A stretch of 64,000 nt of DNA, taken from the NCBI GenBank assembly GCA_965219085.1, contig OZ244720.1, positions 2,432,001-2,496,000 of the forward strand, written 5' to 3'. The notes below the pieces were generated by a model. It ran no database searches, was not told where the DNA came from, and was given only the letters and a program-made list of their open reading frames with translations. Positions 58,038-64,000 of the stretch are shown in pieces (positions within the stretch are counted from its first letter, which is position 1; every line of letters starts with the position of its first letter). A program made the translations under genes and the position numbers. The DNA is from Dehalococcoidia bacterium (lineage in GTDB: Bacteria; Chloroflexota; Dehalococcoidia; UBA2979).

Positions 58038-58880
58038 CTACACCTCGACGCCCAGGCTCCGCAGCAACGCCATCGCCCGCCCAGGCTCGCCGGCCACGAA
58101 CGGCGGGATGCGCTCCTGCTGCGGCGAGAGCTCGAGGGGGGCGCCGTTGACCTGCAGGATCACGCCGCCCGCGCCGGCGAGGACCGCCGCGCCGCCGGCG
58201 GCGTCCCAGACGGAGCGGGGGCCGGTCGAGAGGTACACGCCGGCCTCGCCCGTCGCGGCGTGGACGAGCTTCACGACCGCCGAGCCCAGCGGGTAGACCT
58301 CGTGCGGGATGCGGTACTGGAGCCGCCGGTGCTCGTAGTCCCAGCGGGAGACGACGATGCGGCCCGGCTCCGCCTCGCCGTCGGCGTCGACGCCCGGAGC
58401 GTCGAGCGGGGCGAGCGGCACGCCGTCGACCCGGGCCTCGCGTCGCCCGTCGGCGACGATGCCGCTGTAGATGACGGGCTCGTCTTCCGCGGGGAGCCCC
58501 GCCGCGCCGAGCACGAGCTGGTCGCCGGCGAAGAAGCCGACCGAGACGCCGAACTCCGGCAGGCCACGGAGGAACTCGCGTGTGCCGTCGAGCGGGTCGA
58601 TCACCCACGTCGGCTCGCCCGCGACGATCGGGTGTTCCTGCTCGGACTCCTCGGAGAGCCAGTGGGCGCCGGCGATGAGCGGCGTGAGCCGCCGATGCAG
58701 GATCTCGTCGGCGGCGTGGTCGGCCTCGGTGACCGGGCCCTCGCCCCACTTGTGGCCGACGCGCACCGAGCCGCGGCGCATGACCGTGCGGATCGCCTCG
58801 CAGGCGTCGTGGACGGCGTCCTCGAGGGCGTCGCGCAGGGCATCGAGGTCGAGCGCGGGCGGGGTGGCGGGCGCGGTCAC
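58038..58880 (-). CDS. Inositol monophosphatase/CysQ family protein
   Basis: PVTEAD, LSEE, WVIDPLDGTREF, WDAAGG. Confidence 0.9.
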   Translation of the reverse strand: MTAPATPPALDLDALRDALEDAVHDACEAIRTVMRRGSVRVGHKWGEGPVTEADHAADEILHRRLTPLIAGAHWLSEESEQEHPIVAGEPTWVIDPLDGTREFLRGLPEFGVSVGFFAGDQLVLGAAGLPAEDEPVIYSGIVADGRREARVDGVPLAPLDAPGVDADGEAEPGRIVVSRWDYEHRRLQYRIPHEVYPLGSAVVKLVHAATGEAGVYLSTGPRSVWDAAGGAAVLAGAGGVILQVNGAPLELSPQQERIPPFVAGEPGRAMALLRSLGVEV

Positions 58881-60577
58881 AGCGCGCCGCCGACCGCGGC
58901 CGGGCGTGACGGCTCGCGCGTGGAGCTGGAGCCGACGTGCCAGAGCGGCGCGAGCCCGCGCTCGTTGAAGTCGTACGCATCGTACGCGTAGCCGCCGACG
59001 GCGCTCGCGATGGCGATGCGCTCGACCGGCTCGGGGAGCGGGATCATGGCGGGGACGTCGTCGAGCAGCAACTGCTGTGCCGCGCGCGCTCCGCCGGCGC
59101 GTTGGCCCGGGTCGATGTTGCCGAGCGTGGCGCGCACGGCGTCGTCGTAGACGGGGTTGGAGTAGCCCCACGGCGAAACGCCGTTGAGCCCGCCCGACAT
59201 GTGGAGCCGGAGCCCGATGTCGGGCGACCGCACGGGCTCCAGTTCGAAGAGGATCGCCTGGAAGTTCCCCTGCTCGAGGTCGGTCTGGAGGCGGACGTGG
59301 TCGACGAGGTCCAGCACCGGGCTGAAGCCGGCCTCGCGCAACTGGCGTGCGACGAGCTGCGCGAGCCCGCGCAGCGGCTGCTTCAGTGGGGCTTCGAAGG
59401 TGAACGTGAGGTCTTCGTGGCCGGCTGCCTGCAGCAGCCGTGTCGCCTCGCGGGGGTCGTGCTGGAAGAGCTCGTGCGCGCCGAGCGTGGCCGGATCGAG
59501 CGCGTCGGCGCCGAAGGCGGGTCCGACCGGTCCCGCGGCGATCGATTCGTCGTAGGCGGCAAGCGTCTCGCGGTCGAGCGAGAGCGCAAGCGCGCGTCGT
59601 ACGCGATGGTCCTGGAAGGCGGGATGGAACCGGACGTCCCGCCCACCCTTGGCGCCGACCAGGGAGAGCCCAAGGCCGCGCGCACGACGCGAACTGCGAG
59701 CGAGCAGCCTCGCATCGGAGCGCTCGTTGGCGCGGGCCGCGCTATCCGGCGTGCCGAGCGCCAGGATGTCGAGGGCGCCACCGGCGAAGGCGGCGCCAAG
59801 CGTGCGTTCGCGCTCGGCGGTCGCCATCTGGATCGATCGGAGTAGCGGCAACCCGAGACGGTGGTAAGCGGCGTGGGGGCGGAGCGTGAGGCTGCCGTCC
59901 TCGTGGCGCTCGGGAATGAACGGGCCGCTCCCGAGGGGGATCCCCACCGTCGACGGCGCGTCCGCCCGGATGCCGGCTGCCTCGGCATCGCCGAGGTGCT
60001 CGAGCAGGAGCGCGAACGGCGCACGCAGCCGCAGTTGGAGCGTGGTTGGGTCGATGGCGATGGCGTCCTCGACCACCTGGGTGAAGAGGAACTCCGCGGC
60101 GCCGCCACGGATGCCGAAGTCGCGCGCGATCTCGTCGGCGTCGATTGGCTCCACCGTGCCCGTACTGCCGTTCGTGACCGCGGGGTGGAAGGCGGCGTGC
60201 CGGTTCAGCGTGCACGTGACTGTCAGCGGATCGGGCTGTTCGACGAGGTCGGCGAGGTCACCGTGGATGCGGGCGTCGCGGGGATCGACCGTGACGAGGG
60301 TCGAGTAGACGAGCGCCGGGGGCACCGCGGGCTCGCCCACCGCCCCGAGGCGGAGCAGGCCGTTCGCGGCGACGGACGGGATGGCCTGCACGGGCGCGAG
60401 GGGCAGTGTCGAGCCGGGGGGCGGCGTGGATGTCGTCTCGACCGCCTCGTCCGGCTCTTCGTCCTCGGGCGAGGTGCATGCGGCGATGAGCGCGGCGGCG
60501 AATGCCCCCAGGCCCAGGTGCAGCACGTCGCGGCGGCTGCGAGGCCGCCGCCAGGCGGGTGGTGCGTCAGACGCCAT
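58877..60577 (-). CDS. ABC transporter substrate-binding lipoprotein (family 5)
   Basis: Tat-like SRRDVL plus lipobox IAAC; GSGPF, D.RVRRAL...LDR, YSNP..D. Confidence 0.8.
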   Translation of the reverse strand: MASDAPPAWRRPRSRRDVLHLGLGAFAAALIAACTSPEDEEPDEAVETTSTPPPGSTLPLAPVQAIPSVAANGLLRLGAVGEPAVPPALVYSTLVTVDPRDARIHGDLADLVEQPDPLTVTCTLNRHAAFHPAVTNGSTGTVEPIDADEIARDFGIRGGAAEFLFTQVVEDAIAIDPTTLQLRLRAPFALLLEHLGDAEAAGIRADAPSTVGIPLGSGPFIPERHEDGSLTLRPHAAYHRLGLPLLRSIQMATAERERTLGAAFAGGALDILALGTPDSAARANERSDARLLARSSRRARGLGLSLVGAKGGRDVRFHPAFQDHRVRRALALSLDRETLAAYDESIAAGPVGPAFGADALDPATLGAHELFQHDPREATRLLQAAGHEDLTFTFEAPLKQPLRGLAQLVARQLREAGFSPVLDLVDHVRLQTDLEQGNFQAILFELEPVRSPDIGLRLHMSGGLNGVSPWGYSNPVYDDAVRATLGNIDPGQRAGGARAAQQLLLDDVPAMIPLPEPVERIAIASAVGGYAYDAYDFNERGLAPLWHVGSSSTREPSRPAAVGGAL

Positions 60578-60619
60578 GCGTTGAGCGTGCGCCGGGTGGG
60601 CCAGGCCGTGCGCGCGGGC

Positions 60620-60949
60620 CTACCAGATGCCGAGCTGCATCCGGACCTCTTCGGACGCCATGGTCTTGGGGTCCCACGGCGGGTCCCACACGAGGTTCAC
60701 CTCGACATCCTCGACGCCTTCGAGCTGCGTGAGCATGTGGTACGCCTGCCCCTGCAGCATCGGCCCGATCGGGCATGCGGGTGTCGTCAGCGTGAGGTCG
60801 ATGCTGACGAGTCCGTCACCGTCGATCTCGACGTGGTAGATGAGCCCGAGGTCGACGATGCTCATGCGCAACTCCGGGTCCTCGATGTCGCGCAGGACCT
60901 CGCGCAGCGTGTCGACGCTGGGGCGCTCAATGGCAGCCGCTTCAGTCAT
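60620..60949 (-). CDS. sufT: Fe-S cluster assembly factor (DUF59/SufT)
   Basis: DPEL..SIVDLGLIY, TLTTPACP, VWDPPW. Confidence 0.9.
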   Translation of the reverse strand: MTEAAAIERPSVDTLREVLRDIEDPELRMSIVDLGLIYHVEIDGDGLVSIDLTLTTPACPIGPMLQGQAYHMLTQLEGVEDVEVNLVWDPPWDPKTMASEEVRMQLGIW

Positions 60950-61424
60950 GTCCGGTGCTCCTCTCGTCCGTGGTGATGGGGTCGGCCTGATTATCGCTCG
61001 TGGTCAGTGCCTGCTCGAGCGTCTTCCAGGCGAGCGATGCACACTTTACCCGCACGGGGAACTTGCGCACCCCGGCCAGCGCCTCGATGTCGCCGAACGC
61101 CTCGTCGAGGGGCTCGCCGTCGACCATCATGCGCTGAAACGCCTCGACGCCGGCCAGGGCCTCCTCGGCGGGTCGTCCCTTCACATACCCGGTCATCATC
61201 GAACTCGACGCCTGCGAGATCGAGCAGCCCGAGCCCTCGAACGCCACATCGGCGACGTTGCCGTCGTCGTCGAGCGCGACGTCGAGCGTGATCTGGTCGC
61301 CGCAGAGCGGGTTCGCGCCGTCCGCGCTCGCCGTCGGCGCGTCGAGGCGGCCGCGGTTGCGCGGGCTGCGGTAGTGGTCGAGCAGGATCTCGCGATAGAG
61401 GTCGTCGAGCGCCGAGGTGGTCAT
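60942..61424 (-). CDS. sufU: SUF system NifU-family protein
   Basis: LY.E.LLDHY..PRN, NPLCGD, GCSISQAS, RVKCA.L.W. Confidence 0.95.
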   Translation of the reverse strand: MTTSALDDLYREILLDHYRSPRNRGRLDAPTASADGANPLCGDQITLDVALDDDGNVADVAFEGSGCSISQASSSMMTGYVKGRPAEEALAGVEAFQRMMVDGEPLDEAFGDIEALAGVRKFPVRVKCASLAWKTLEQALTTSDNQADPITTDERSTGHD

Positions 61425-62713
61425 CGCTGGCCCGCCGTCGTGCTCGGGACGACGCCGAAGTAGCTCGCGGTCTCGCGCACCGCGGCCTCGAGGATGTCGA
61501 CCTCCTCGCGGGTGTTGTAGATGTAGAACGACGCGCGCGCCGTCGCGGGAATGCCGAGGCGCTGCATGACGGGCTGCGCGCAGTGGTGCCCGGCGCGGAT
61601 CGCCACACCGCGGCTGTCCAGCACCTGCCCCACGTCGTGGGGGTGCACGCCTTCGAGGCCGAACGAGACGACGCCGCCGCGGAGGGCAGCGTCGAGCGGG
61701 CCGTAGAGCGTCACGCCGGGCACGTCGACGAGCTTGCCGAGTGCGTAGTCGGTCAGCTCGCGCTCGTGGGCGCGCACGCGCTCCATGCCGAGGGCCTGCA
61801 GGTAGTCGATGGCGATGCCGAAGGCGACGACGCCGCCGACGTTGGGGGTGCCCGCCTCGAACTTGTGAGGGACCTCGTTCCATGTCGACTCGGTGAGCGA
61901 GACAGTGGCGATCATGTCGCCGCCGCCGAGGAAGGGCCGCATCGCTTCGAGCAGCTCACCGCGCGCCCAGAGCACGCCGACGCCCGTCGGGCCGAGCATC
62001 TTGTGGGCGGAGAACGCGAGGAAGTCCGCGCCCAACTCGCCGACATCGACCGGCAGGTGCGGCGCGGCCTGTGCGGCGTCGACGAGTACGCGCGCGCCTC
62101 GCGCGTGCGCCAGATCGGCCAGCTCACCGACGGGGACGATCGAGCCGAGCGCGTTCGACATCAGCGTGATCGCGAGCAGCCGCGTGCGCGGGTTGATGAC
62201 CTCGCGCGCGACATCGAGGTCGAGCGTGCCGTCGTCGCGCATCGGGATGTGGCGCAGCACGATGCCGCGCTCGTCGCGCAGCATCTGCCACGGGACGATG
62301 TTCGAGTGGTGCTCGATCTCGGTGATGACGACCTCGTCGCCGGGCTCGAGGAACGCCCGCGCCCAGGCGTGCGCGACGAGGTTGATCGACTCGGTCGTGT
62401 TGCGGGTGAAGACGATCTCGGACGCCGACGGGGCGCCGATGAAGCTGCGGACCTTCTCGCGCACCCCCTCGTACAGGTCGGTCGCCTCGACGGAGAGGGT
62501 GTGGACGCCGCGATGGATGTTGGCGTTGCTGTCGCGGTAGAAGCGCGTGATCTCCGCCATCACCTGCACGGGCTTTTGCGAAGTCGCGGCGTTGTCGAGG
62601 TACACAAGCGGGTGGCCGTTGACCTCGCGCTTGAGGATCGGGAAGTCGCGGCGGATGCGCTCGACGTCGAAGCCGTACGCGGAGCTGCCGACGCCGTCGA
62701 ACACGCTGGTCAC
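61421..62713 (-). CDS. sufS: SufS cysteine desulfurase
   Basis: YLDNAATSQKP, NIHRG, HKMLGPTG, FEAGTP, RAGHHCAQP. Confidence 0.96.
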   Translation of the reverse strand: MTSVFDGVGSSAYGFDVERIRRDFPILKREVNGHPLVYLDNAATSQKPVQVMAEITRFYRDSNANIHRGVHTLSVEATDLYEGVREKVRSFIGAPSASEIVFTRNTTESINLVAHAWARAFLEPGDEVVITEIEHHSNIVPWQMLRDERGIVLRHIPMRDDGTLDLDVAREVINPRTRLLAITLMSNALGSIVPVGELADLAHARGARVLVDAAQAAPHLPVDVGELGADFLAFSAHKMLGPTGVGVLWARGELLEAMRPFLGGGDMIATVSLTESTWNEVPHKFEAGTPNVGGVVAFGIAIDYLQALGMERVRAHERELTDYALGKLVDVPGVTLYGPLDAALRGGVVSFGLEGVHPHDVGQVLDSRGVAIRAGHHCAQPVMQRLGIPATARASFYIYNTREEVDILEAAVRETASYFGVVPSTTAGQR

Positions 62714-63027
62714 GACGCCTCGCAATCGACGTACACGTCGTCGCCGTCGACGGTGACGGTGTAGGCGCTGACGCCGCGCACGGCGGGCAGGGTCAGCGCG
62801 CGGCCGGTGCGCGCGTCGAAGGCCGCGCCGTGGCGTGGGCAGATGATGCGGCCGCGGAGCAGCCGCCCCTCGCCGAGCGGGCCGTCGTCGTGGGTACACA
62901 CGTTGTCGATGGCGTACAGGTCGCCCTCGATGTTGCTCACCGCGAGCGAGCGGCCCTCGGCACACATCACCACGCGTATCTCGCCCTCGGGGATGTCGGA
63001 GACGGAGGCGACGCGCTCAGGCGGCAC
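62710..63027 (-). CDS. Rieske [2Fe-2S] ferredoxin
   Basis: CTH..CPRHG..FD. Confidence 0.93.
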   Translation of the reverse strand: MPPERVASVSDIPEGEIRVVMCAEGRSLAVSNIEGDLYAIDNVCTHDDGPLGEGRLLRGRIICPRHGAAFDARTGRALTLPAVRGVSAYTVTVDGDDVYVDCEAS

Positions 63028-63045
63028 GGGGGTTGGCCCTTCGGC

Positions 63046-64000
63046 TCACAGCTCGGCCAGCGCGAGCTTGGCGAAGACCGTCTCCTCGAGCTCCTCGGCG
63101 ACGCCCTCGAGGCGTACGTCGCGCAGCACCGTCTGGAAGAAGCCGCTCACGAGCAGCTGTAGCGAGGTGCGGCGGTCGAGCCCGCGGCTCTGGAGGTAGA
63201 ACAGCGCCTCCTCGTCCACTGGCCCCACGGTCGCGCCGTGGCCGCAGCGGATGACGTCGGCGGTCAGGATCTCGAGCACGGGGTCGGAGTCGGCCTTCGA
63301 GCGATCGGACAGCAGCAGGTTGCGGTTCTGCTGGTTGGCCTCCGCGCCCGCGGCGCCCTCGCCGACGCGCGTGATGCCGTAGTAGATCGAGCGCGACGCC
63401 CCGGCGAGCGCTGCCTTGATCTCGACGTCCGAGGTCGTGCGCGGGCCGGTGTGGTCCTGCAGGGTTACGAAGTCGAAGTGCTGGTCGCTGTCGCCGAGCG
63501 CGACGGCGCGGATCGCCGAGTTCGCTCCCTCGCCCTCGAGCGTGACCTCGATGGTCTGCTTGAGCACGCGCCCGCCGATGGCGAGCGAGGCGACCTGCAG
63601 GTCGGCGTCGCGGCCGAGGCGCGCACGGACGGTGGTGTAGTCCTGCGTGTCGGCGCCCCAGCGGTCGTCGAGCAGCAGCCGCACGCGCGCGGCCTGCGCA
63701 ACCTCGATCTCGATGGTGCCCGCGGCGAGCAGCGGCGCGTCGCCGGAGCGCATGCGCAGCACGACGGTTACCTCGGCCTGCTCGCCGGCGACGACGAGCA
63801 GGCGCGGGTAGACGGCGGTGTCGCCCTCGGGCACGTCGAGCTCGGCGACGATCGGCTCGGCGAAGACCGCGCGCGCCGGCGCATGCACCAGCACGCCATT
63901 GCCCCACAGCGCGGCGTTGGCCGCCTGGAACTTGCCCTCGGTGGCGGGTGTCAGCGAGCCGAGGCGGTCGCGCAGCAGTTCCTCGTGCGTATCGAGGGCG
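63046..64000 (-). CDS. sufD: Fe-S cluster assembly protein SufD (5' part outside window)
   Basis: NRNLLLS, P.LEI, C.HGATVG..DEEALFYL.SRG; frame open to window end. Confidence 0.9.
   Translation of the reverse strand, partial: ALDTHEELLRDRLGSLTPATEGKFQAANAALWGNGVLVHAPARAVFAEPIVAELDVPEGDTAVYPRLLVVAGEQAEVTVVLRMRSGDAPLLAAGTIEIEVAQAARVRLLLDDRWGADTQDYTTVRARLGRDADLQVASLAIGGRVLKQTIEVTLEGEGANSAIRAVALGDSDQHFDFVTLQDHTGPRTTSDVEIKAALAGASRSIYYGITRVGEGAAGAEANQQNRNLLLSDRSKADSDPVLEILTADVIRCGHGATVGPVDEEALFYLQSRGLDRRTSLQLLVSGFFQTVLRDVRLEGVAEELEETVFAKLALAEL

Overview
GC-rich bacterial chromosome segment. Gene content and protein style suggest Chloroflexota/Dehalococcoidia, but this is an inference that cannot be verified here. 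Most of the window is housekeeping: a solo groEL with a perfect CIRCE operator, a solo nuoB, cysteine desulfurase, a SufR-like regulator with an A-type Fe-S carrier, yitJ, glcDEF with sugar-nucleotide genes, pncA-pncB, a menF-D-H-B-A-C cluster, a Lon-like protease and the 3' part of a suf operon. Three IS elements are present: an IS3 end, and two complete IS5-type elements that both sit in CTAG stop codons. Several small, more A/T-rich accessory inserts are scattered through it. The most interesting are (i) a TIR-TIR-membrane protein operon (36.4-37.8 kb) resembling Thoeris but with no ThsA-type effector, (ii) an integrase-free 1.8-kb cassette flanked by a 77-bp duplication of the nuoB 3' end and carrying a protein with three 8-Cys repeats, (iii) an R-M pair whose nuclease appears to join an AlwI-like N-terminus to a NucS-like C-terminus, and (iv) a DUF3883 nuclease appended to the glc operon. 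Many genes have a -10 box 6-7 nt before the start codon, indicating leaderless transcription. No rRNA, tRNA or CRISPR array was seen. Family names come from motif recognition, not database searches.
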